DNA of 64,000 nucleotides from a bacterium (lineage in GTDB: Bacteria > UBA8248): positions 3,680,001 through 3,744,000 of the forward strand of contig OZ241875.1 in assembly GCA_965203325.1 (NCBI GenBank). Reading direction: 5' to 3'. Shown here piece after piece: positions 20,206-29,984 of this stretch. Under the pieces are notes generated by a model that saw only the letters and a list, made by a program, of their open reading frames with translations, was not told the origin of the DNA and searched no databases. Positions within the stretch are counted from its first letter, which is position 1. Each line of letters opens with the position of its first letter. The translations under genes and the position numbers were made by a program.

Positions 20206-20562
20206 ATGACGGAATACGAAGCCGCAAGTCTCGTCTTGCAACAAGCCGCCGTATGGGTCGCGGCCGTCGTCGGGGCCGCGCAATGCAGCCTGATCGGGGT
20301 TGGCCTCTACATCATGCGCCGGGCCGCGATTCAACGCGACGCCCAGCACCAAGAGAACATGGCGCAACATCGACAGACCATGGAGGAACTGAAGGCTCAG
20401 CGAGAAGCGCAAAAAGAGCAGCACAGGGAAACCATAGTCGTCCTACAGGCTCAGCGCGAGGCGCACAGCGAACAGCATCGGGAAACCATGAAGGCGCTGG
20501 AAGGGCAAAACAACGCGCTCATGGAACTCATCCGCCGCACGTCCGCGCAACGGGATGGTTGA
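20206..20562 (+). CDS. Small single-TM coiled-coil hypothetical protein, same family as the 9.3-10.0 kb pair
   Basis: MTEYE..., VGAAQCSLIGVGL vs VGVVQCALIWYGL, repeated QHR(E/Q)T units, ends LMELIRRTS. Confidence 0.7.
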   Translation: MTEYEAASLVLQQAAVWVAAVVGAAQCSLIGVGLYIMRRAAIQRDAQHQENMAQHRQTMEELKAQREAQKEQHRETIVVLQAQREAHSEQHRETMKALEGQNNALMELIRRTSAQRDG

Positions 20563-20798
20563 AGGGGGACGTTACCGTCTCGGCCGTCTCGGTTTTTTAC
20601 CCACGCTTCCAGCGGCGCGCGCATTTTTTCGTATTGCAAAGAGAAGAGGCGCTCCACGCGCTCGCGATTTTCCTTTGAAGCAGGCTTTTCGGCTGATACA
20701 ATCCGCTGGATGGTCCCGTTCATCCTGGCATATTATCGAAGCAACCTGCGCCCATGTTTGTTGGCTTCGAATACGAGGAATCAATCAGGAGTCGAAAC

Positions 20799-21620
20799 TT
20801 GAAAAATCGTCCGGCGCGGAAATTTACGCCAATCCTTTGCCTGATCTTCTTGTTCGCCTGGCTTCCGTTCGCCGAAGCCGGAGAAGGAAGCGATTGGGAT
20901 ATTCGCATCGGCCTGGGCGCAAGATACGATGCGAAGTATGAAGGTTCCGAGGAGATGAAAGCGCGGGTTCTTCCCCTGATAGACGTTACCTGGAAAGACC
21001 TGGTTTTTCTCAACCCGCGCGAGGGTTTGGGCGTGCACGTTTACGACGGCCACAACCTCACGGTCAGCGTCGGGGTGGGGTATGTGTTCGGCAGAGATGA
21101 ATCGGACAGCGACGACCTCAGAGGCATGGGCGATATCGATGACGCCGCTGCCGCCAACCTCAAAATAAAATATGCCATCGGACCGGTTGCGCCCTACATC
21201 GGCGCTTCCAGACATTTAGGAGATGTCGACGGGACTTTGGTGGAGGCGGGAGTCGGGGGCATCGTGCCGCTGGCTTTGATAACCGGAGGTATGGATTCGC
21301 CGGGCATGGGTGCCGGCGGGCTGAAAGGACCGGCGCTGCAACTCGGCGTATCCGCAACCTGGGCGGACGGCGACTATATGGAAGGCTACTTCGGCGTGAA
21401 TTCGCTCCAGTCTTCGCGTTCGGGTTATGCCCGATACGATGCGGAATCCGGATTCAAATCGGTGGACTTCAGGTTTGGCGTCATCTATCTGTTTGCGGAA
21501 AACTGGGCGGTGAATGCCCGGGGCGGGTACTCACGATTGCTGGGCGATGCCGCCGACAGTCCAATCGTCAAAGACGACGGACGGTTTTCCGGCGGTTTGT
21601 TTCTCTCTTACCGTTTCTGA
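20799..21620 (+). CDS. MipA/OmpV family outer-membrane protein
   Basis: KYEGS, LRGMGDID, YMEGYFGV...SG, GYSRLLGDAADSPIV, C-terminal YRF. Confidence 0.88.
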   Translation: MKNRPARKFTPILCLIFLFAWLPFAEAGEGSDWDIRIGLGARYDAKYEGSEEMKARVLPLIDVTWKDLVFLNPREGLGVHVYDGHNLTVSVGVGYVFGRDESDSDDLRGMGDIDDAAAANLKIKYAIGPVAPYIGASRHLGDVDGTLVEAGVGGIVPLALITGGMDSPGMGAGGLKGPALQLGVSATWADGDYMEGYFGVNSLQSSRSGYARYDAESGFKSVDFRFGVIYLFAENWAVNARGGYSRLLGDAADSPIVKDDGRFSGGLFLSYRF

Positions 21621-22796
21621 CGCTTCGGGAATTCCTGCAGAACCTTCATTTCATCGCACCGGGCTGGGAGCGTATGTGTATCTACCTCGGCGCGCGTGGA
21701 AACCGAGGGGCCGGCATCCAGAGGCGGCGAAGATTACGGGTATCTGTATCTGAAGGATAATGAAAAAAGACCCGGCTCGACGCATCGAGATGTTCAGCAA
21801 AGGACCCGAAAAGATAAGTCCGCATTTCCCCGCAGTTGGGGTTGTCGGGTTTTCGCGCGCGTGAGGGAAAATCCCGCGCGGGAAAGAAATCGTTCCCGGC
21901 GATGGGAGGAGGGGGAAAATGGAGAGGGCGATTCGGGTCGAGCAGAGACGAACTTCCTCTCCTCGGGGAAGCGCAATCGCTCCCTCATCGGTCGCATCAA
22001 TCCCTCCTTCCTCAGTCGGAATTGAGGAGAAAAAATCGATAAAAAGGCCCGAACAATTCGATAAATTAGATTTTCAAGACATTTCCGACAACTGCAAAAT
22101 CCATTTATCTCATTGATATTAAATGAGACACCTGTTTCTGATGGAATTTGCCTTCCCCGCTCCGTAATCAAGCCGAAAGCGGACTCGTTACAACTCCAGC
22201 GCATCCCGGCGGGCGCGTGTCCTACGTCGGACCATCCCCGGGCTGGGTAGGAGGGGTCTTTACCGAGCCCCTCCTGCCTAGCCGCTTTCCGCAAGAAGCC
22301 GTCGACGGGGTTGTTGAAAACCGCCGCGAAGGGGAGCGGTTCCCCCCTTCCCGGGGGTGAAAACACCCACACGCCGAATCATGCAGCCGGGGATTTTTTG
22401 TCGACCCTCCCAGCGTCGTTCACCTGCTGGCGGGACGGACGCCGTTTTCGCCTATCAGTGCGCCGCAGAGCAGGACGCCGCTCTCGGTCAACTACTCGCC
22501 GGCGGGTTCGGTGAGCGAGGTCTCGAAGCCCCCGCCCGTCTCCGGGGCGACTCGCGATCGGGATGCGCCGCTACGCAGCGGACCTGGCGGAGGACAGGCG
22601 CGTCAATTCATAAGGCGCGGAAGCGGAGAGCGACGGCCGGGCGGCAGCGTCGCGATGGCGTTTCGCGATGCGGTTTCAGGCACGAACCCGATGACGGCCA
22701 CCCGGAGGCTGATCTTTCGTGTGCGCAGGGTATCCCTGCGATTTTCCGGAATTCCTTCGCTTGACACCCCATGCCGCGGATGGAACGCTACAAATC

Positions 22797-23903
22797 ATGG
22801 ATGCCGGTGGATCGGAAACACAGGCGGTTGTGTCGACGGAAGACGCGGCTTCGGCGTTCGGCACCATCCTCGACGCTCTGTCTCGCGTCGTTTCCCCGGC
22901 GCTGATCGACGGCGCCGGCTGGGAACGCCTGCGCGCCGCGGTCGGAGGCTTGCCGGTCGACCCCGGCAGCGGTTTCGGTTTCGAGCTTCGGCTCGGCGAG
23001 CCAGCGGCCGGAACGGATTTCTATATCGCGCTGCCGCGCGGAAGCGCGCTCGCCGATCACTATATCCGGCACGGCGGACGCGCGGCGCCCGGTTCGGCGG
23101 CGGCGGCGCTGCGCGATCATCTCGCCGCGATAGATGCGGGCGCTCCGTGGGCGGAGGTTCTGGGCGTGGAGTTTGACGTCTCGTCCGGATCGCCCGGCGC
23201 CCCTCCCGGGCTGTTCGCGCGGCTCCGTTCCGACTCGGCGGAGACCGGCGCCGCCGGATTTCCGAGCGCGGAAACGGTGGCCGAATGGATCGCGGGCGCG
23301 GTCGGCCTGCGCCTGGCCGCGGGAGAGCGCGAGGCGCTCGAGCGGGCGTTCGACGAACTGGCGGCCGGCGGCGGCGCGGTCGATTGCGTCGGGATAATGC
23401 CGGGCCGCCCGGAGCGGGCGTTCAAGGTCAACAGCCGGTCCATGGAACCCGCGCAGGTGGCGCCCGCCCTGGAAAAGCTGCGATGGAGGGGGCCGATCGG
23501 CGAGGTCGAGGCCTTCTTGTCCTCGTTCGGGAGGCTGTTCCGCTCGCTCCGGCTCGCGGTCGGCGTCGCCGCCGGGGGTCTTTCGCCGCGCGTCGGCCTC
23601 GAACTGTTCCAGGGGACGCCGGGGTCGTTGAGCCACCCGGGAGTCGGCGACTGGGAGCCTTTCCTCGCCCGGCTGTGTGAGGACGGCCTGTGCCTGCCGG
23701 AGAAGATGGCCGGGCTGTTGGCCTGGCCCGGACGGGAAATCGTGTTCGGCGGGCGGCAGACCTTCGGCATATTGACGGGCCTCGCCCATTTCAAGGTTTC
23801 CTTCGAGAAACGCGGCGGCGGAGCCACGATCGAGGCGAAAACCTACCCGACCGTCGGCTATCTCCCCTTCGATGCGGTCGCGGCGCGATTCGGGTCGCGG
23901 TGA
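22797..23903 (+). CDS. Hypothetical RiPP-associated enzyme A (possible ABBA-fold aromatic prenyltransferase)
   Basis: Paralogous over its whole length to 29985..31013 (GWERL, FGFELRLG, VEFD, GLCLPEK, HFKVSF, AKTY); converges on the NHLM exporter; function inferred. Confidence 0.6.
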   Translation: MDAGGSETQAVVSTEDAASAFGTILDALSRVVSPALIDGAGWERLRAAVGGLPVDPGSGFGFELRLGEPAAGTDFYIALPRGSALADHYIRHGGRAAPGSAAAALRDHLAAIDAGAPWAEVLGVEFDVSSGSPGAPPGLFARLRSDSAETGAAGFPSAETVAEWIAGAVGLRLAAGEREALERAFDELAAGGGAVDCVGIMPGRPERAFKVNSRSMEPAQVAPALEKLRWRGPIGEVEAFLSSFGRLFRSLRLAVGVAAGGLSPRVGLELFQGTPGSLSHPGVGDWEPFLARLCEDGLCLPEKMAGLLAWPGREIVFGGRQTFGILTGLAHFKVSFEKRGGGATIEAKTYPTVGYLPFDAVAARFGSR

Positions 23904-23919
23904 AGCCCCGCCGGCGGAG

Positions 23920-26871
23920 TCAGTACATCTGCCGGCGAACCAGGTTGCGGAACGGGCCGTCCTGCCCGGCGAGCTCCTCGAAACGCCCCACCTGGACGAC
24001 GCGCCCGGCCTCGAGAACGTAGATGCGGTGCGCCTCGCGGATCGTCGATATCCTGTGGGCGATGACGATCCGTGTGGCGGCGGAGTTGCGGATGCCCTCC
24101 ATCAGGGCCGCCTGACTCTTGCGGTCCAGCCAGTTCGTGGCCTCGTCGAGGAAGACGATGCGCGGGTTTCGCGCCAGCGCGGCGGCGACGCGGATGCGCT
24201 GGCTCTGGCCGCCGGACACGACGGCCGCCCGTTCTCCCATGCTGGTGTGCATCTGTATGGGCATCAAGGCGATGTCGTCGTCCACGGCCGCCTGTTTCGC
24301 GGCGCGCCAAGCGTCGTCCATCGTCAAGGTTCGGCTGAGGCCGATGATGTTGTCGAGAACGGTGCCCAGCTGGACGCCTCCGTCCTGGAGCACCACGCCG
24401 ACCTGCCGGCGCACGGAGACCGGGTCGAGATGGGCGAGGTCGCGGTCGTCGTAATAGACGGCGCCCCCCGCCGGCGTCTCGAGGCCGAGCGCGAGGCGAA
24501 CCAGCGTGCTCTTGCCGGAGCCGGACTCGCCGACAATGGCGATGAATTCACTCGGCCCGGCGTGGATCGTCACGCGGTCCAGAACCAGTGGCCCGTCTTC
24601 GGTGTAGCGGAAACTCACGGTCTCGAAGCGTAGCCCGCCGTCGAGCGCGACCGGAGGAGCGGAACCGCGCCCGGCCTCGGGCGTGGCGGCGAGGATGGGC
24701 AGAACCTGTTCGCAGGCCGGCGCGACCGAGGCGATGGTCTCCAGCGCGCCGCAGAGTGAGACGATGGCCGCGTAGAAGACCATCGAGGCGATATAGACGA
24801 CGAGGAACCCGCCGACCCCCGGGCCGCCTTCCTCGGGCGAATGGACGGCGGCGGCGAACAGGGCCGCAGCCGCCAGCAGGGGCACGGCCGCGCTGAAGGC
24901 ATGGAGATGTTCGTTCAGGACGCCGATGCGGATGTCTGCCAGCTTCTGCTCGCGGTAGCGCCGCGCCCAGGACGCCCGCGCCGACCCTTCCGCCCCGGCG
25001 GCTTGCAGTTTGTCGACGCAGCCGATGAGCTGGGAGAGGTGCCCGGCGAGAAGGCGCTCCTCCCGGAACCGTCGTCGCTGGGGGGCCGTCTGCGCCGCTC
25101 CGAACGCGGCCGCCACGACCAGCGCGGCGACGCCGATGCCCAGCACCAGCTGGCCGAGCGCGGCGTCGTAAAGGAACACGAAGGAGATCGAGGGGATGAG
25201 AAACGCGGCGGACAGCAGCGCCGTCGCCGTCGCCCCGGAGATGCGGTCCCGCAGCGCCTGGAACACCGACGCCCTCATGGATATCTCGCCCGAACTGTAT
25301 TCGCCGTAGAACCGGGTCTGCAACCGCAGCAAGCGGTCCCAGAGCGCGGCGGTCACGCGCGCGGCGAGCCGGCCCTCGATCCGCATGACGGCGGCGCCGC
25401 GCAGCACGTGGGCGAGCGCCGCCGTGAGCGCGACCAGCGCCAGCAGCAGCGCAAACTGCACGAGCCGCCCGCCCTCGCCCGAGGGGATCACGTGCCGGAC
25501 CAGCACGCCGATGCCCACCGCCGGCGCCAGGGCCAGGATACTCGCCGCAAACCCGGTGACGAACACCCGGGCGATATCGGGGGCGAACCTGCCGGAGGCG
25601 TTCGACAGCAGCGAACGCACGCCGCCGGGCGCATCGTCGGGCAGCGGCCGGTAAAGGATGTAGGCGTCGGCCGTCAGCGTATCGGCGTCCGCCCGCCGGA
25701 CCTGCCTGGTCCGGCCCGTTTTCGGGTCGTAGAGTCGATACCGCCCCATCGCCCCGGGCAGGAGGGCGACGGGCCAGCCGCCCTCGCGCCGGAAGGCCAG
25801 CATCGCGCCGCTGTCGCCGCGCCACCAGCGCTCCTCCGGCGAGAGCCGCACCAGCCGCGTCCGCACGCCCGATGCCTGCGCGAGATCGTTCAGGGTCGGC
25901 GGCTCGCGCGAGGGGCCGGACGGCGCTCGGATGTCGATGCGCCCGTGGCGCCCTACCGCGCGAAGCGCGTCGAGCAGCGCCTCGCCGCCGGAGACAGCCT
26001 GCGGAGGCGGTTCGAGGAGACCGAACAACCGCCCCCGAGCCTCGTCCTCGTCGCGGCGGCGCCACTCCGCCCGGTTGACCTGGAGGTTGGCCTGATCGAC
26101 CAGCGCCAGCCGCCGGTTGAATATCTCCGCCCCGAAGACCAGGCGGTGAAACCCCGGCAGCGCGCGGAAGAGCAGCGCCTCGACCTCGAGGGTGCGCGAA
26201 GTCAGAACCCCGATCTCGGCGGGTTCGCGGAGCACGGCCCAACTGTCCGGGGTGAGCGGCACCGCCTCCCCCTCCTCGGGGTCCTCGGTGCCGAAGAGTT
26301 GCGCCTCGGCCCCCTGCACCCAGACGACGCCCCCGCCGCTCGTCAGGACGCCGCTCGCCTCGATCCCTGCGCTTTCGGCCAGCAGTGCGTCGGGGCGCGG
26401 ACGGGGAACGATCTCGGCGGCGACCGTTGCGCTGAAGCCGATAATCCAGTTGTCGGCGTCTTCGGCGACGACGTCGGAGAGCGGGGCGGCGGCGAGTTCG
26501 GCGGCCGGAATCCGGCGCAAGACGGTGTCCGGCAGCCCCTTGGCCATCAAGTACATCTGGTCGGCGCCAGCGGCGCCGAAGGCCAGCCGGCCGGCTTCCA
26601 GGCGCAGCGCGTGGTGAAACGGCGCCTCCGCCACGCCGTCGTCGTTGTAGACGAAAAAGACGTCGAGGACGCCGCGCTCGACGAACCAGACGCTCCCGGG
26701 GTCGTCGAGCCGCACGGGCCGGTTGCCCGCCGTGGCGACGGTCTCGCCCGCGGACGCGGCCATTTGGGCGAGACGGCGGCGGCGCGGATCGGATGTCCAC
26801 GGACCGCGCGGTTCAGGAGGCATGGAAGAGCTCCCTGTAGGGACTGCCTTCGACGGCGATGAGGTCGTCAT
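23920..26871 (-). CDS. NHLM bacteriocin system ABC transporter permease/ATP-binding subunit (no peptidase)
   Basis: LDDPGSVWFVERGVLDVF N-terminus, WWRGDSGAMLAF, GESGSGKST, SGGQSQR, LDEATNWLD. Confidence 0.88.
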   Translation of the reverse strand: MTTSSPSKAVPTGSSSMPPEPRGPWTSDPRRRRLAQMAASAGETVATAGNRPVRLDDPGSVWFVERGVLDVFFVYNDDGVAEAPFHHALRLEAGRLAFGAAGADQMYLMAKGLPDTVLRRIPAAELAAAPLSDVVAEDADNWIIGFSATVAAEIVPRPRPDALLAESAGIEASGVLTSGGGVVWVQGAEAQLFGTEDPEEGEAVPLTPDSWAVLREPAEIGVLTSRTLEVEALLFRALPGFHRLVFGAEIFNRRLALVDQANLQVNRAEWRRRDEDEARGRLFGLLEPPPQAVSGGEALLDALRAVGRHGRIDIRAPSGPSREPPTLNDLAQASGVRTRLVRLSPEERWWRGDSGAMLAFRREGGWPVALLPGAMGRYRLYDPKTGRTRQVRRADADTLTADAYILYRPLPDDAPGGVRSLLSNASGRFAPDIARVFVTGFAASILALAPAVGIGVLVRHVIPSGEGGRLVQFALLLALVALTAALAHVLRGAAVMRIEGRLAARVTAALWDRLLRLQTRFYGEYSSGEISMRASVFQALRDRISGATATALLSAAFLIPSISFVFLYDAALGQLVLGIGVAALVVAAAFGAAQTAPQRRRFREERLLAGHLSQLIGCVDKLQAAGAEGSARASWARRYREQKLADIRIGVLNEHLHAFSAAVPLLAAAALFAAAVHSPEEGGPGVGGFLVVYIASMVFYAAIVSLCGALETIASVAPACEQVLPILAATPEAGRGSAPPVALDGGLRFETVSFRYTEDGPLVLDRVTIHAGPSEFIAIVGESGSGKSTLVRLALGLETPAGGAVYYDDRDLAHLDPVSVRRQVGVVLQDGGVQLGTVLDNIIGLSRTLTMDDAWRAAKQAAVDDDIALMPIQMHTSMGERAAVVSGGQSQRIRVAAALARNPRIVFLDEATNWLDRKSQAALMEGIRNSAATRIVIAHRISTIREAHRIYVLEAGRVVQVGRFEELAGQDGPFRNLVRRQMY

Positions 26872-29020
26872 GGATGCCGTCCTGTACCGCGCGTCCGCCG
26901 TCGAGCACGATAATCCGGTCGCTGTCGCGGATCGTGCTCAGGCGGTGGGCGACGATCAGGCAGGAGCAGCCCCGGCGGCGCAATGCGTCGTCGATATAGA
27001 CTTCGGTGGTGGCGTCGAGCGCAGCCGTGGCCTCGTCGAGAATCAGCACCGCCGGGGAGGAAACCAGCGCGCGGGCGATCTCCAGCCGCTGGCGCTGACC
27101 GCCGCTGAAATTGCGTCCATCCTCCTCGATCGCGTCGTCGTAGCCGCGCGGGCGCACCATAATCTCGTCATGGATCGCCGCGTCCCGCGCCGCGGCGATC
27201 AGGAGCGGGTCGGGGACGTTCGGGTCCCAAAGGGTCAGGTTCTCGCGAATCGATCCCTCAATGAGCGCCGTCTTCTGGGTCACGACCGAGAGCGAATCGT
27301 TGAGCACGTCGCGCGGGATGTCCTCGGGCTTCATCCCGTCGAAGAGAATCTCGCCCGACCAGGGCTGGTATATTCCCGCAGCCAGCAGCGACAGCGTGGA
27401 CTTGCCCGATCCGCTGGGGCCGACGACGGCGACGCGCTGGCCGGGATCGATGGTGAGGTTGAACCCGTCGATCAGCGGCGCCCGATGCCGCTGAAACCCG
27501 AATGTGACGTTGCGCATCTCGACCCGGCCGCGCAAGCGGAGCCGTCCGCGCACGGTCGCGACGCCCTGCGCGGTGGGCCGCTTCGCCTCGCTCGGGGCGT
27601 CCTGCTCCTGGGCGTCGAGCATGTCGTCGAGCCGCTCGAGTTCCGCTTCGAGCGTGCGCAGCAGTTCTGCGAACTGCACGAACCGGCCGATCGGCTGGAA
27701 GAAATGCCAAGCCAGCATGTAGAACGCGAGCAGGCCCCCGAGGCCCATCTCTCCGGACATTACCCGCCATCCGCCGAGCCCGAGCACCGTCGCTCCGCCG
27801 AGCGCGATGAACAGAACCGGGATGGCCTCGGTGACGTGCCCGAGCTCCTGGAACCCCTGCCGGGCGTTGAGTTCGCGCGCCTGGTGTCCGCTCCAGCGAG
27901 CGAAGAAATCATCTTCCGAAGCGGTCGCCCTGATGGTCTCCATGATGCGCAATCCGGCGAGACCGACGCCCGTCAACAGACCCTGCTCACGGCGCAGGCT
28001 GTGGCTTGCATCGGTCCGGTAGCGGCAGACAGCCCGGGCCGCGGCCGCGCACGACGCCGCGAGGAGCGCGACCCAGAACGCGAGGGCCGCATCGTAGACT
28101 ACCATCAGCAAGAAGAACGCGAGACTCATCGTCAACTCGACCGTCACGCCCACCATCTGGTTCACCCCGAAGGCGGCGACCTGCTCGATCGATTGTATAC
28201 GCGACAGCAGATCCCCCGTCATGCGCCGGGCGAAGAACTGGGCCGGCCGGCGTAGCAGGCCGCCCAGGAAGCGGTCCGTCTGGTGGATGGCGACGGCGAT
28301 CGACAATCGGCGCAGCGCGCGCTGGCGGAGCCAGGTGAAGACATAGACGACGATGGCGGCGGTCGTCATCCCGCCGATCAGCGCGCCACTCCAGTCGTCC
28401 TGGCTGCCCGCGAGAACGTGATCGACGAACAGCGCCAACAGCACCGGAGCGGCGACGCCCGGAGCGGCGAGCAACAGCCCGGCGAGGACGGCGAACAGGA
28501 GTTCCGACCGGAAGCCGCTCACCCAGGGCCACAGCCGGCGCAGCACCCCCGGAGGCGGTTCGTTGCGGCGAAACGATTCGGCCGGCTTGAGTTCCAGGGC
28601 CACGCCTGTGAAGGCGCGGTCGAAGCCGTCTTCGTCGACCACGCGCCGGCCACGGCTCGGGTCGTTGAGGAAATACTTTCCCTTCCCGACCCCCTCCAGC
28701 ACGACGAAATGCCGGAACTCCCAGAACAATATGGCCGGCAAGGGCAGTTTGGGGATGTCTTCGAGTTCTTGCTTCCAGCCCGTGACTTCCAGGCCGTATT
28801 CCCGCGCCGCGCGTACGATATCGGCGGCGGAGCAGCCGTCGCGGCCGACGCCGCAGGCTTCTCGCATCTCCTCGAGCGGCACCCAGCGCCCGAAATAAGC
28901 GAGCACCGAGGCGAGGCACGCGGCACCGCATTCGGTCGCCTCCAGCTGAAGCACCAAGGGCGTGCGGACGCGGCGCCCGAACGGGCGCCGCAGCCACTTT
29001 CTCAAACGATCAGCCGACAC
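26813..29020 (-). CDS. NHLM bacteriocin system ABC transporter with C39 peptidase domain
   Basis: VRTPLVLQLEATECGAACL (catalytic Cys), HFVVLEG, LNDP; GPSGSGKST, FSGGQRQR; GTG start overlapping the HlyD stop. Confidence 0.92.
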   Translation of the reverse strand: MSADRLRKWLRRPFGRRVRTPLVLQLEATECGAACLASVLAYFGRWVPLEEMREACGVGRDGCSAADIVRAAREYGLEVTGWKQELEDIPKLPLPAILFWEFRHFVVLEGVGKGKYFLNDPSRGRRVVDEDGFDRAFTGVALELKPAESFRRNEPPPGVLRRLWPWVSGFRSELLFAVLAGLLLAAPGVAAPVLLALFVDHVLAGSQDDWSGALIGGMTTAAIVVYVFTWLRQRALRRLSIAVAIHQTDRFLGGLLRRPAQFFARRMTGDLLSRIQSIEQVAAFGVNQMVGVTVELTMSLAFFLLMVVYDAALAFWVALLAASCAAAARAVCRYRTDASHSLRREQGLLTGVGLAGLRIMETIRATASEDDFFARWSGHQARELNARQGFQELGHVTEAIPVLFIALGGATVLGLGGWRVMSGEMGLGGLLAFYMLAWHFFQPIGRFVQFAELLRTLEAELERLDDMLDAQEQDAPSEAKRPTAQGVATVRGRLRLRGRVEMRNVTFGFQRHRAPLIDGFNLTIDPGQRVAVVGPSGSGKSTLSLLAAGIYQPWSGEILFDGMKPEDIPRDVLNDSLSVVTQKTALIEGSIRENLTLWDPNVPDPLLIAAARDAAIHDEIMVRPRGYDDAIEEDGRNFSGGQRQRLEIARALVSSPAVLILDEATAALDATTEVYIDDALRRRGCSCLIVAHRLSTIRDSDRIIVLDGGRAVQDGIHDDLIAVEGSPYRELFHAS

Positions 29021-29984
29021 GGCCGACGCCTCGCCTCGGCGATCGGAGCAGGAGACCGAATGGAGAGGTGTGTTCGAGGACAATCTCGATCCGGCAAGGC
29101 GTCCCGTCCTCGAGGCGCCCCCCCGGCGGGCTCCCGGCGGGGGGATCGAGCCCCGCAGGGTCCGTAATCGCGAAGCGCAGGACATGGCCCGGACCCCGGG
29201 CCGCGGCGTCCGGGCGCATCCGCGCAAGCCAGGCCGGGGGGCTCGATGCACGCGGCGTGATCGACACGAGTCTGGCCGGAAGCAGCCGACCCCCTCCGGG
29301 CGACTCGACGCGCACCCGCGCCTCCATGCCGGGGGTGAGCACCCACGAGTCCCCCGGCGCGGCGAAGGCGACCGCCTCCAGCACTCCACCGCCGCCGAAC
29401 ACGATATCGGCGATCGGGGCGCCGACCGGGAGCGTCTGGCCGGGCGCGACGAGAATTGCGGCGACCACGCCGTCGGCGGGGCTCGCGACGGCGCCGGTTC
29501 CCTGGAGCGCCGCGAGTTCGTCGAGCATGGCCCGGACCGAAGTCAGCAATTGCCGCGTTTCGGCGGAACCGGCGCTCGCCGCGCCTTTCGCTTCGTTCTC
29601 CAGCCGGCGGACGGATGCGGCGGCGGAACGCACCCGTCGCTCCATCTCGGAGAGGGCGATGCGGACGATTGCTTGGCCGGCGGCCGCCCGTTCTCCCTCG
29701 GGCGTCACAATCTCGGCGACCTCGCCCGAAACGCCGGAGAGCAGGGTGCGCCGCTCGCCGGAGATAACCAGCACGCCGCCCGAGCGCAGTGTCCGCTCCA
29801 AGCTGCCGAACAGTCCCCAGACGACGAGCGCGGCCACGGCCGCTGCGAAAAAGGCGAGAACCGCCCATTCGCGCGGGGCGGTGAGTTGCGCGCGCTCATC
29901 CAGTGATTCTGGCTCGGCGTTGCGAATGACGGCGTTCTCCCGAAACTGACTGGAGCCCAATCTGGCCAAAAGCCTCTTCCTCAA
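29010..29984 (-). CDS. NHLM bacteriocin system HlyD-family secretion protein
   Basis: FRENAV...PESLDE...TAPREW, TM anchor with WGLFGSL, VASPADGVV, C-terminal TPCRIEIV...SPFGLL. Confidence 0.85.
   Translation of the reverse strand: MRKRLLARLGSSQFRENAVIRNAEPESLDERAQLTAPREWAVLAFFAAAVAALVVWGLFGSLERTLRSGGVLVISGERRTLLSGVSGEVAEIVTPEGERAAAGQAIVRIALSEMERRVRSAAASVRRLENEAKGAASAGSAETRQLLTSVRAMLDELAALQGTGAVASPADGVVAAILVAPGQTLPVGAPIADIVFGGGGVLEAVAFAAPGDSWVLTPGMEARVRVESPGGGRLLPARLVSITPRASSPPAWLARMRPDAAARGPGHVLRFAITDPAGLDPPAGSPPGGRLEDGTPCRIEIVLEHTSPFGLLLRSPRRGVGRVG

Noticed and set aside
21821..21835. 15-nt exact inverted match to the 6S-like region near 55.6 kb
   Set aside because: A few matches of this length are expected by chance in 64 kb of GC-rich DNA
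22245..22285. GGAGGGG...CCCCTCCTAC hairpin resembling group II intron domain VI
   Set aside because: No domain V or reverse transcriptase nearby; better explained as a GTAG-type REP
29021..29389. N-terminal extension of the peptidase-ABC ORF
   Set aside because: Overlaps the HlyD gene in another frame; the GTG at 29020 gives the expected N-terminus
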